Positions 12,993-26,165 of a stretch of 64,000 bases of DNA are shown one piece after another (position 1 is the first letter of the stretch; the number at the start of each line of letters is the position of its first letter). The position numbers were made by a program, and so were the translations under genes. The DNA is from Eledone cirrhosa (Eukaryota): assembly GCA_964016885.1 (NCBI GenBank), contig OZ024743.1, positions 371,318,001 to 371,382,000 of the forward strand, given 5' to 3'. Below the pieces are notes generated by a model. The model saw only the letters and a list, made by a program, of their open reading frames with translations. It had not been told where the DNA came from and did no database searches.

Positions 12993-15900
12993 GGGCAGAC
13001 ATGGGCTCCGTAAGATGTAGTGACGGCAACCCATCTAGGAAGGTAATACTTAAAAACGACTGCACAGGGCAGACATGGGCTCCGTAAGCCGTAGTGAAGG
13101 CTACCTGTCTAGGAGATTAGACACTCCAAATAAGAATTGATATAGAGTGGAGAAGACTCTTAAGTCCATTAAGACAACCTCTCTAGTGCTAGTGACATGA
13201 GCAATGCAGCCAGTCCTCTCTGTAAAGTGGTTGGTGATAGGAAGGGCATCCTGCTAGAAAAAAAAACAGCCAAACTTATGAAAAGCATAAGCAACGTGAT
13301 TTCCACTAATTGTAAACACAGGGCTAACACTAATCATGTTAGTGCTGCACACGGTAGTGAGGTGGCTAGAGTAGCCATGCAAGAACCCCTCGACCGTCAT
13401 CAAGCAATTGCACAACCACTTTCCCTTTCAGGTACATAGAACCTCTAACCAAGGAAGTAACATCAACTATCAAGGTACAAATCTCAGGACTGCCAGCCTC
13501 AATTTTGGTACCCTGAAAGGCAAATCAGGTGAAATTGTGGAACTGTTAGAGAGAAGAGGAGTAGATCAAGTCTAATCATGGTCTAGCTACTTAGATATAA
13601 ACTCTACTGGACAGAAAATGACAATGGGGTTAGAGGTGCAGGCATCTTACTAGCTGAGAAATGGATAGATAAGGTGATAGAGGTAGTTAGAGTAAGTGAC
13701 TGAATCATCAAGCTTAGATTAACTGTTGGAAATAGACTGGTGACAATCACAGGACTGGGTAAAGAACAAAAGGACAGGTTCTATGAGGAACTTTTACTGA
13801 CAACTTCAGGTACTGATGAAAGGGACCCCATCATCTTGGCAGGCGACTTCAATGGACATGTGGGACAGTACCAGGATAGATTCAGCGGAGTTCATGGCGG
13901 CTATGGTTATGGCTCAAGGAGTGAAGGACTGAGACTCCTGGAATTCTGTGATGCAAATGAACTAACCATTTGCAACACAAATTTCAGGAAATCAGCCAAT
14001 TAACTGATTTCAGATCAATCAGGTGAACACACAAGCCAAATTGATTCCTTACTTGTAAGACAAGACAGACAGACTGTAATCTAAGGCCTTCCCTGGGGAA
14101 GAATGCATTGCCCAGCACAAGTTAGTTATTAGTGACATCAAAATAAACAAAAGACAGACCAAGACACGCATGAAATTATGGAGACAGAGGGTGTGGAAAC
14201 TAAAGGACCACTTGGTTAAGTATAGGTTTAGAAAGGCCCTACGGGATGCACTTGATGAGAGGAATAACGAGCTAGATACCTATGACGTAGAGGGCAACTG
14301 GAAATTCTTACACGACAATCCTTTGCGAACTACTAACGAGACTTGCAGCTGAAGTAGTGTGCCAGCCAGACAGAGGATGACCTGGTGGTGGAACAGCACA
14401 CTAGATGCAGCCATTAAAGCCAAGAGAGAGGCTTGGAAAGACTGGGAAAATGGGGGTAGCAGAGACTGGTACCAAGTAGCTAAGAAAGAAGCTAGGTGAC
14501 GGGTGTACACAGTTTGGAAAGTGGCTGAAGAAAGTAAATTTACCAATGTCTTGAGTCTTGAGGATCAGAGACGTATTACAAGGCAGTGTATTACTGTAAA
14601 TCAAGATGATATTGGGGGAAAATGTGCTCGAAATGATGCTGGTGCACTTAACACCACTGATGCTCAAAAGAAAGAGTCTGGAATTGTTACTATGCGAGAT
14701 TGATGAATGTAGAGAATGAATGGGAGGAAGAGAGACTACCCCCAAACTTACCCAACCGAAGTACCAGCTATTGAAGTTGACAGTTTTAGAGTCAAAGAAG
14801 CAATCAAAGATGTGAAGAATGGTAAAGCTGCGAGACCATCAGAAACAGATGCTTAGATGTTAAAAGCATAGGGTGAGGTAGGAGTCAAACTAGTAACTCA
14901 TATAGTAAATCAAGTAATACATGATGGAGTCATACCCAATGACTGGTACAGCAGTACGATTGTAAATTGCTATAAAGGCAAAGGTGATTCCCTAGAAAGG
15001 AGCAACTGTAGAGGAATAAAACTAATGGACCAAGTTATGAAAGTGATAGAACGAGTTATAGCGCAGCTAATTAGGGAAAAAGTCAAAATAGATCAGATGC
15101 AGTTTGGTTTCGTGGGAAAAGTACTACAGATGCTCTCTTCTTCATGAGGCAACAACAAGAGAAGTTCCTAGCCAAGAATAAGCTGCTATATTTAGCTTTT
15201 GTTGATCTAGAAAAGGACTTTGACAGAGTTTGTGGATCTGTTATCTGCTGCTCCTTAAGGAAATTAGGTGTAGAAGAATGGCATGTGAGAGCACTTTACT
15301 TATAGAGGAGCTGTCAGTAAAGTGAGTGTAGGAACTGAGTTTAGTGAGGAATTCAAGGTACAGGTAGGAATTTATCAAGGTTCAGTTCTTAGCCTAGTGT
15401 TGTTCATCATAGTTCTTCAGGCCATAACAGAAGAGTTTAAAATGGGCCGCCCATGGGAACTTCTCTATGCAGATGATTTGGTCCTTATAGCTGAAACCAA
15501 AAAAGGACTAGAAAATATATTCTGATTATGAAAACTAAATTTGGAATCAAAAGGTCTGAGAGTAAACTTAACCAAAACTAAAGTGCTAGTGAGTAGGAAA
15601 GAAGATAGGACCCAGATTCCCTCGGGGAAGTGGCTCTGCTCAATATGTAGGAAAGGAGTAAGCATAAACTCCATATAATGTACACAATGTAAACTTTGGG
15701 TAAACAAAAGATGTAATGGGATAACAGGAAGGGAAAACTTTGAATGTAGAAGATGCACAGGAGTAATCGAGAGAATGGGTGCGAATGATATAAACTTTTT
15801 CCAGTCACAGGAAGGATCCATAGACATGGTTGATAGCTTCTGCTATCTAGGTGAATAATTAGCAGCGGAGGAGTGTGTGCCGAGAGTATCATAACTTGAA

Positions 15901-16379
15901 TAAGGATAGGATGGAAGAAGTTCCAAGAACTACCCCCAATGTTGACAATAGAAGATTTCTCCCTAAGTACAAAAGGAAGACTGTATGATGCCAGTGTGCA
16001 GTGCCTGATCCTGCATGGCAGTGAAACATGGGCTGTGACTGCAGAGAACATGTGTAGACTGGAGAGAAATGAAGCCACCATGCTTTTTGAAAATGCAATG
16101 TAAGTGGGAGAGAAAGGCAAAACTTGGATGAGCTGAGGGAGAAACAAGAGAGAAGACTGCGTTGGTATGGACATGTGATATGCATGGACAATGATCGTTG
16201 GGTGAAGAAATGCCAGGAAATCCCAGCAGAGGATTACCAAGAAAGACCTGACCTCAAATTGCTAAGACTAGCAGAGATGATGATGAAGGAACGCGACGAG
16301 TGGAGAGATGCCATGCTGAGAAGGACCCGTCCAACCCATGCAAGCATAGAAAAGCAGATGAAAAACGATGATGATGATG

Positions 16380-16410
<31 letters not shown>

Positions 16411-16437
16411 AAAAACGATGATGATGATGATGATATA
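12993..16437 (+). mobile_element. Near-full-length decayed RTE-clade LINE
   Basis: 5' UTR; AP endonuclease motifs ILAGDFNGHVG and ICNTNF; RT QGSVLS and LLYADD; C-terminal RWYGHV; duplicated (GAT)n tail. Confidence 0.9.
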
Positions 16438-16774
16438 TATATATATATATATATTATTGAAAGATTGGCGGCCATAATCAGTTGATTCAGGTTTATTATG
16501 TCATGCACCGTTCATTTTCCTGACGCTTGAACATTACCCTATGTACTATACATACACTTTTTGATGAGTTGTAGTGCACCTGAGCACTGTACACAATATT
16601 TTCATTCATTATTATTTAAAACTCTGTTATACATATTTCATTGAGGACTATCAGTTATGATAGCTTGAACTCTTAAGACGGCAAAACCTATAAAAACTTG
16701 AAAACATTGAAAGTCCACAGGTCTGCAGCAACTGTGAATTTTATAACCATACATCTGTGTTCGGTTAACCCCAT

Positions 16775-19700
16775 ATCATCATCATTTTACGTCCACTTTT
16801 CCCTGCTTGCAAGGGTGGGACGGGTCTATTCAGCACAGCATCTCTCCACTTGTCATGGTCTTTCATCATCTCCACTGTGAGCTTCAGTGATCTGAGGTCT
16901 GTTCTCACCACCTCCGCCCATGATTTTCGTGGTCTACCTCTACCACGTCTTCCTTCAACTGGCATTTCCTGGCACTTCTTCACCCATCGGTCATCCTCCA
17001 TGCGCACCACGTCCATACCACCTCAGTCTCCTCTCCCGTACACTACATTCTATCCCTCTCAGACAGTTTCTCTCTCAACACATCCATGCTGGGTCGTTCA
17101 CGCACATTAACATTGCACATCCAATGGAGCATGCTTGCCTCATTTCTCTCCAGCCGTCGCTGCCCATGTCTCACTACCATGCAGCATCGCGCTCCTCACA
17201 CAGGCATCATATAACCGGCCTTTCATACGCAGGGAGAAACCTTTCTTCGTCAGCAGCTCCCTAAACTTCTTCCAGCCCGTCCTTATTCTAGATACTATGG
17301 CCTCGGAACACCCCCTTCCCATGCTAATCTGATCTAGGTACCGGAAGCTATCCACCACTTCTGTAGCAGCTGCCTGCATTTGAAAAATGTGTCTATCAAT
17401 GCGACTTCTACTGTCTAATTTCCCTGTACATCTACTGCATACATATTTCTCCCTACCTGTTAGTTTGCCTGCTATCCCGCTACATCTCTTGCGTACCCAG
17501 GATCTGCATTGTGAGCATTTTATAGAATTTATGCCAGTTCCTTTTCTGCATATTGAGCATGGCCATTTCCCTGACAGAATCAGAGTTTTGTCCTCTTGTC
17601 TACTCATCAACACTTTTGACTTAGCTAGGTTCACTCTCAGTCCTCTTGCTTCCAACTGCTGTTTCCATAGCCAGAATTTATTCTCTAGCTCCTCTACTGA
17701 TTCTGCTATAAGAACCAGATCATCAGCATAGAGAAGTTCCCATGGACAACCAGTCGTAAATTCCTCTGTTATGACTTGGAGGACTATAATGAACAAGAGC
17801 AGGCTGAGGACCGAACATTGATGTACTCCTACTTGTATCTGGAATTCCTCATTAAACTGCATTCCTATCCTCACTTTACTGGCAGCACCTCTGTACAAAG
17901 TTTGCAGTCCTCACAAGCCATTCCTCAACACATAGTTTCCTTAGGGACCACCAGATGACAGATCGGGGAACCCTATCAAAGGCCTTCTCTAGGTCAACAA
18001 AGGCTAAGTATAGTGGCTTATTCTTCTCTAAGAACCTCTCTTGCAATTGTCTCACCAAGAAGAGGGCATTTGTTGTACTTTTCCCAGGCACAAAACCAAA
18101 CTGCATCTCATCTAGTTTGACCCTTTCTCTAATTAGTTGTGCTAATATTCTTTCTGCCACTTTCATAACCTGATCCATCAGTTTTATACCCCTATAATTG
18201 CTCCTCTCCAGAGCATCCCCTTTACCTTTTTAGCAATTTATGAGAATACTGCTGCACCAGTGTTTGGGTATGACACCACCATATATAGTCTGATTGATGA
18301 TGCGCGCAATCAGTTTAGTGCTTACGTCCCCTGATGCCTCAGCATCTCAGCAACTATCCCCGACGGTCCAGCAGCCTTACCATTTTTCATTTCCTTAATT
18401 GCTTCTTGGACCCTATATTCGTCAATCTCAATAGCTGGTCCCTCTGTCGGATCTACTGAGGGTAATTTCTCTCTCTCCCATTCGTTCTCCACATTCATCA
18501 GTCTGTCATAATGACATTTCCAGGCCTCCTTTTTCTGATCATTCTGGACACATTTATCTCCAACATCCTGATTTGCATTGACACACTGCCTTGCAATGTG
18601 GAACACCGCACGCCTCTGATCTTCCCGTTGCAGAACATTGGCAAACCTCCTACTCTCAGCCTCCCTGCGTGCTAAGTACACCCGACGTCTAGCTTCTCTC
18701 TTAGCGGCTGTAGATCCTTCTCTACTCCCACCCTTTTTCCAAGCCTTCCATGCTAGTCTTTTGTCACTAATGGCCTTATCTACTGTGCTGTTCCACCACC
18801 AGGTCACTCTGTCTGGTTGGAGCTCTGCTCCAGCCACAAGTTGTTTCATCAGTAGCCTGCAGTAAGTTGTCACATAAGAAATTCCAGTTATTATCTATGT
18901 CATACGTCTCTAAATCGTCTTCTTTTTCGTCATACACATCTTGAAGGGCTTTCCTAAATTTGTATCTTAGTGAAAAGTCTTTTAGCTTCCAAACCTTTCT
19001 TCTCCACACCTTCCTGTATGTCTCATTCCAACTCTTGCTTACTGAGATATCACTAACGACTAACCTATGCTGTGGGGTACATTCTTCCACAGGGTATGCC
19101 TTGGTATTTGACATCATCTGCCTAACTAGTAAAAAGTCAATCTGGCTTATGTGCTTGCCTGATTTGTAGGTTATTAGGTGGTTGGCAGGTTTCTGGAAGT
19201 TAGTGTCGCAAATAGTCAGTGTACTTGCATCACAAAATTCAAGAAGTCTCACTCCTTCATTTCTTGAGCCATAACCGTGCCCATCATGTACTCCAGTTAA
19301 CCATCCTGGAGCTGTCCAACATGACCATTGAAGTCCCATGCTAGCATAACGATGTCTCCGTCCTCTGTCATTGCAGCTGTTTGTAAAAACAGTCTTTCTC
19401 TTCTTTGGCTAGGTCTGCTTGGGGGAGCATAGGCAGAGATGATTGTCAGTAGACTCCTGCCTACAACTAATCTAAGCTTAATTATTTGATTACTAACTCG
19501 AACTACCTCTATTGTCTTATTGATCCATTTCTCAGCCAGGAAAATGCCTACTCCCCCTAACCCATCATCCTTACCTACCCAGAAAAGCTTATAGCTAAGA
19601 TGTTTTGCCTGCGACTAGTCTCGCAGAGGCACCTTTCCATCTCACCTCTTGCACGCAGCACACATCCACATGCCTTCTCTCCAGCATCTCCGCTATTTCA

Positions 19701-19900
19701 CCAGATCTACCTGTGAGAGTGCCAACATTAAGTGTTGCAACTCTGATGTGACGTCTTCATATTTTTGTTGTTCCTATATATTTGTTGCTGGGCTCATAAT
19801 TGTTTTGGCATTGATATACTGGTTGGATGCCCTTCCTAACACCAGTGCCACTTTACAGCATGGACTGGGTGCTTTTATTCATGCCACCAGCACTAGAGAG
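16775..19900 (-). mobile_element. Near-full-length decayed RTE-clade LINE
   Basis: EN, RT (QFGF, FVDLEKAFDRV, LLYADD), PHD-type finger and GRGRPRKSW in frameshifted ORFs. Confidence 0.9.
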
Positions 19901-19929
19901 GATGTCTTACATACATACATACACATACA

Positions 19930-19999
19930 TTCAACACAGACAATGGTGTTGTTGATATTGTTGTTGTAATTGTGTTGAAATCTGGTTGCTTCGACTGAG

Positions 20000-20038
<39 letters not shown>

Positions 20039-20290
20039 TATATGTATATGTACACATTCAACACAGAGAAAGGAGTTTAGCAACAGGTCAGTGATATATA
20101 TATATATATGCTGTTGTAGTTGATGTTGCTTTGTTGAAATCTGGTCGCATCGACTGAGATATATATACATACATATACACACACTTACATATATACATAC
20201 ATATATACACACACTTACATATATATATATATATATACACACACATTCAACACAGAGAAAGGAGTTAGGATTTGTCAACAGGTCAGACAC
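19930..20290. repeat. Imperfect tandem duplication (~170-bp unit) rich in microsatellite
   Basis: gttgaaatctgg...cgactgagatata and cacattcaacacagagaaaggagtt each occur twice. Confidence 0.7.
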
Positions 20291-20717
20291 CTTAGTGTAG
20301 ATAGAGTAATGACGTATGTGGTGGTGGGGGGAGCGAGTGTAGACGTTATTGTGGTGGCGGGGGGGCAGTGAGATGTATCAAGTTCATAGTTCACTTGTCC
20401 CTTTTCCTCTCATTCAAAATTTGAATTTATGGCCATTTTGCAATGGGGGACAAGAAAATGTAAAATTTAAATAGAGATTGCTCTGGAAAAATATATGGAA
20501 TATTTCTGTAGCTTCCACAGCTTTTGTCAGAATATTTCCCCCCCCCCCCCCCGAGTCCAACGAGCAAACATTTTGTCGTATTTTGATCTTTCAGAATACG
20601 AAAATTAATAAAAACTTACCCCTATGAAAAACAGTGTGTTGTCCGATCTATGAGCTCGCTATATATATACTCTAATATTTTTATATATATATATGTGTGT
20701 GTGTGTGTATGTATGTA

Positions 20718-21162
20718 TATCATCATCAACGTTTAACGTCCGTGTTCCACGCTTGCATGGGTTTGGACGGGGGTTTTCCCACTTGAGGCAAGAGTGATTG
20801 TCTTGCTCGCATAGGACTGTCTGACAGGTTTTCTACAGCTGGATGCCCTTCCTAACACCAACCACATTTACAGTGTGGGTCTGGGAGGTTTTTACCGTGT
20901 TGCCTACACGGCCACATTACAGCGTGGACTGTGTGTTTTTTTGTCGTGACACCTACACGATCTCATTTGTTTCGGCCTGGATGGTGTGGCACCAACATAA
21001 CTTTACATAGAAGGGGGCGGTGTGGATGGGGTGGGGGTGGTGGGACGGGGGTGTAGTAGGTTTTACTTTGTATTTAGGTAAGGCGGGTCTTCTCTATTAC
21101 TGAGTACCGCCAAAGGTCTCGATCCAGTGACATTGTCTTGGTGAGGTGTAAGTGTGTGAGGT

Positions 21163-21165
<3 letters not shown>
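20718..21165 (-). mobile_element. 5'-truncated RTE 3' end
   Basis: Reverse complement of ~130-610. Confidence 0.9.
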
Positions 21166-21208
<43 letters not shown>

Positions 21209-21292
21209 CAGTAGAGATTGTTTTGGTAAAAGCAGGAGCAAGCAGGAGAAATATCTCTACATTCGTAGTTTGAAGTTTCAATGGAGATTCAG

Positions 21293-21690
21293 TATAAGAA
21301 TAACATCTAGAAAGATGCTGATGTTACATAAATTATTTCTTCATAATAATTATTTCAACGGTTCTCCCATGCAATCCAAGATGTAATTCATGCATTTATT
21401 GTTGTTATGAAAACAGTATCTTCAGATGAAATTCAATTTTGTGATATGCCGCAGGCAGAAAAAAACACGACCTTCTGTTCATGTGCCCGGCAGAGATATA
21501 AGTTCCTCAAAGGGTCTTTCCCAGCCGTCGTGTTTTCGGCCTATCACAAAATCGAATTTCATCTGAAGATACCGTTCTCATAACAAATGCATGAATTACA
21601 ACTTGGATTGCATAGGAGAAACGTTGAAATAATTATTATGAATAAATGATTTATGTAACATCAGCATTTTTCTTAATGTTATTCTTATAT
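21293..21690. mobile_element. Fold-back / MITE-like element with ~175-bp imperfect arms
   Basis: tataagaataacat...atgttattcttata termini; paired ORF translations RKMLMLHK..HNNYFN..PMQSK on both strands. Confidence 0.8.
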
Positions 21691-21711
21691 ATATATATAT
21701 ATATATATATA

Positions 21712-22660
21712 GTGTTAGGAAGGGCATCCAGCCGTAGAAAACCTGCCAGACAGTTTTATACGGGTGAGACATGGTCACCCAACCAATCTTGCTTCAAGTA
21801 GGACAATTTCTGTCTAAACCCATGCTAGCGTGGAAGATAGATGTTAAACAGAGCTTATACCACTATTGGCCACTAAAGGTTTCTCTCTAAAAATAAAAGG
21901 CAGGCTGTATGATGCCTGCATACGAACAGCGATGTTACATGGCAGTGAGACATGGGCATTGTGTGCAGAAGATATACGCAAAATGGAGAGGAACGAAGCT
22001 TGCATGCTCCGTTGGATACGCGAACGGCAAAGCATAAATGAACTAAGTGAGAAATTAGGAATAAGAGGGATCAGATGCTGTTTACTCGAGAGAAGACTAC
22101 GTTGGTATGGTCACGTGATGCGCATGAAAGATGACAGTTGTATAAAAAAGTGCAGGGCGATCAAAATAGACGGTAGCTACGGAGTAGGCAGACCCAGAAA
22201 AACCTGGGACGACTTGATAAAATCTGACCTCACACACTTACACCTCTCCAAGACAATGTCACTGGACCGAGATCTTTGGCCTTGCCTAAGTACAAAGCGA
22301 AACCTACAGTCAGTAGGCACCTCTTAACCAAAATACACCCCCGATCCACTAACCCTACCCCCACCGCCATCTACACCACCCCTTTTGATGTAAAGCTATG
22401 TTGGTACCACAACATCCAGTCCTAAATAAATGAGGTCGTCTAGGTGTCACGACAAAAAAACACACAGTCCACGCTGTAATGTGGCCGTGTAGGTAACACA
22501 GTAAAAACCTCCCAGTCCACACTGTAAACGTGGTTGGTGTTAGGAAGGGCATCCAGTCGTAGAAAACCCGCCAGACAGTCCTGAGCAAGACAACCAATCT
22601 TGCCTCAAGTGGGACAATTCCCGTCCAGACCCATGCTAGCGTGGAAGATGGACGTTAAAC

Positions 22661-22692
<32 letters not shown>
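21712..22692 (+). mobile_element. RTE 3' fragments (tail remnant followed by a 5'-truncated copy)
   Basis: KGRLYDACIRTAMLHGSETW; 3' UTR; long (GAT)n. Confidence 0.88.
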
Positions 22693-22693
<1 letters not shown>

Positions 22694-24889
22694 AGGAAAA
22701 TGTTTAACCCCGACGGTAGAACTCAAGCCGTTTCGACAGCTATTTATATATATATATCATCATATAATCAATATCATTTAACGTCTGTTTGCCCTGTTAT
22801 ATATATGTCGCATGTGTATTTATGCGTCTAACATGCTTAATCAATTGCCTTGCAGTTCCATAAGCAAGGTCAGTAACTAATTAGCACCAAGAACATCCTT
22901 AAAAAGATGATGATGATTTATATATATATTGCATATATTGTTATATATATTTATTTCTCAAATTGACATTACATTGTTGAGAATAATTCATTTAAGTGAT
23001 GAGAGCATATCACTTCAAAATTCCATTTTTAATCAGATCTTTTGTTTAGAATTTCAAATTTTAATGTAGATTTATTCTTTTTTTAAACTGCTTTTGTAAT
23101 CTAATGAAAAAAATAATTAATTTTGTTAAATTAAAAAAAAATTTGTAAAGTTACTGCAACTGTTTAAATCTTCAACATTAGGCATTAAACATTTAAAAAT
23201 AGATTTTTTGAAAAACAAAACTGGAAATATTTGCTAAAACAATGAAATTGTACAAAGAGAAAATATAGAAATGCATATATCAAATCTTGTAGAGATTAGG
23301 AAAAAAAAGCATCCTGGAAGGATCGTACAATTCTATATACAAATTAGTATGACCAGATCAGGTTTTCAAAGACATTTCAAGACTAGGTACAGGGTGTTAA
23401 GAGTTAACTCTCTCCATCCTGTACTGCATGTAACTATTAAAATTTAAATTTTTGCTTAAGTTTACTGCAAAATATTAAAGATGCTATAAACATTTGAATT
23501 AACAAACTCGTTTTTATATATATTCTGCTAAATCATTACAGGATAGTAAGAGTTAAGCAAGTAATACAAACTTATATTACTAAGACGGTGATATAAAGTT
23601 GTATCATTTTTTTTTAACACTTAACTTTTGGGATCAAGTTAATCATTATGTTTGTTTTTTATTTTATTTCTTAAGACTTTTTCTAGATATGAATACAAAA
23701 GCTACAAAGCCTCAAGTCATAAGTGATAAGACATTTTAAAACATTCTATCTTCTCTAATTTTTTAATAATGGTTTCTAATTGACCCCCAATGCTTATCTG
23801 GTACTTTATTTCATTGACCCTGGAAGGAAAGATGAAAGGCTAAATTGACTCAGAAGGATTTGAACTCAGAACATAAAGAACCATAACTAAATGTCCAATA
23901 GTTTAATGATTCAGTCAATTCATTGCCCTTCTATTTTTCTAATAATAAATATTGAAATTTCACATGTAAAGTAGGATTGAACTTTCCATCTCCACCTTAA
24001 AGTTGAGCAATGATGCCTTCCTAATAATAAAGCACTAGTTTAAACCACTGGGGTTCTATCTGTACTAGAATACAGTCCTTTTGATACCAAACCACCCTTG
24101 GTTCTACAATATATTTTAAAGTATTTATATTTATCTAAAAATCTCCCATCATAATATAATAAAGAGAGGAGTGCAGATCTGTGTCCTGAATATATTTTTT
24201 TATCCCGTTAGTAAAATAAGTTGGATTACTTTGAATAAATAATGAATATTACATAATTTATGTACTAAATTTCGTAACTGTTGATTAAACATAAATATTC
24301 TTATATATAATGATTGCTTATTTTGATTCACTTCTTTTAAAATTTTCAAATGTCAACACTTCCGGTTATGATATAATGGACGCTATGTCATATCGCTTAT
24401 ATAGACGTTCATATAGTGTATCATAATGTTTATATTTCCGTTGCTAATTTTCTCCTTTTTCGTTTTCATTACATTTCACCGTAATGCAGTTTATATATAA
24501 TATTGTCTTTTTTAAATGTATCATGGATTACTTTACTGTTTACAGAAGAGAGTGTAACACAGTCTCTCTTCAATATCTGTGGATATCATTAATTACCATT
24601 TTATTTGATGTATCATATCTACATGCATATATATTTGCGTATATCAATATACACACTACAAGCAGAAAACCACTCGAAGGGTGGTTTTTCTGCTAGTTTT
24701 ATCTAAGAAACTTTGTTATGTTATACTTCAAACACAAGATTAGTTATTTTTACCAAATTCCTTTAAACTTTTTTCTAAATGATCTGAAAATTAGACAATG
24801 TTTTTCATTAGAAATATGGTAACAAAATACTAATGTGAAAAATAAAATAATACTAATATAGCTTCTATATTGTACAACTGAACAAATTG

Positions 24890-25115
24890 TTAACCCTTTT
24901 AATAACATCCTACACAAAACAACCTATTTTAAAGGATTCCTATTCAAATTAATATCTTGCAATCTGATTGGATATAAGAACCTTTTTATTAAGTTACATT
25001 ACAAATACCATGTTAATAATGAAATAATTAATTTTAGTAAATCCCCTCCAATTTTTCATTAATCAATTCAAATGCAGTGTATTTCATTAGAGATATGATG
25101 TAATGAAAGGATTAA
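24890..25115. mobile_element. Degenerate piggyBac-type MITE
   Basis: TTAA-CCCTTT...AAAGGA-TTAA termini. Confidence 0.45.
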
Positions 25116-25596
25116 AGTTCATGGGCCAATAAATACATCTGATTTGTATTGAATAAGGATTATTTATTAATTAAAGTCCACTTTCATATGTAAAAGATCA
25201 CAGCAGTAAAGTACCATGTTTCCAAAAAACTGATATTATGGCGACAGAAGTATTGTTAAAAAAAAAAAAAATACTCCAGGATTCTCGAAAGTGAACAATT
25301 ACATGTAATTTGAGATGCACAATTTTTTTGGTATAAATCTAGAAATAAATCTTATTTGTTAAAAAAAAATAACAAGAATAACAATTAATTGATATGGTTG
25401 ATCTAAAATAAAAATTTCCAACATTTCAACAATTTTTAAATATTCATTTTTAACAGGTATCAAGGGGTAGAATATTGAAATTCTGTGATGTTCATTTTGA
25501 GCATTAGTAACCAACACAATAGATGTAAACAAGCTATAAGTAGGAATCAAAAGCAAACTGCCAGATTCTTATTACCAGGAGTCTACTTTTACAACA

Positions 25597-25638
<42 letters not shown>

Positions 25639-25699
25639 GCGTGTGTGTGCGTGTGTGTGCGTGTGTGTGCGCGCGCGCACTCACGTTTACAAGTTTAAT

Positions 25700-26124
25700 G
25701 AAATTGCTCAAGAGCAGAAATGCTATATACATTATAAACTAGACGGAAAAAGAATTTGCCAATGAGCGGTCGTTGGCAAATTTTTTTCCCATCCTTTTAA
25801 GAGTATATACTTGTATATATACATATATTCAAAAGCTGAAAATTCGGCTTTGTACATTGTTTGTTTACACATGGATGTCTGTCTGTTAGTCTCTCTGCCT
25901 GCTGACATCTTATAGCTGTTGTCCAGTTATATATAGTTAAAATGACGGGAAGAAGTTTGTCATTGGCTCCTTAACTTAAAGATTAAAGCATCTAGTAGGT
26001 ATCTGGAAGATAAGGGGTTCAATTCCTCATAGCGGTTGTTGGCAAATTCTTTTTCCGTCTTTTAAGGGGTCCTCACCCTATTTTATAAGCTATCTTTATA
26101 GCATTTCTGCGTTTGAGCAATTTC
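25700..26124. mobile_element. Inverted-repeat element with an internal hairpin
   Basis: gaaattgctcaa..gcagaaatgctata versus tatagcatttctgc..ttgagcaatttc; agacggaaaaagaatttgccaa versus ttggcaaattctttttccgtct. Confidence 0.6.
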
Positions 26125-26130
26125 TTTATA

Positions 26131-26165
<35 letters not shown>

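Noticed and set aside
24355-24490. Possible promoter (CTTCCGG motif, slight CpG enrichment)
   Set aside because: No associated exon found; evidence too weak
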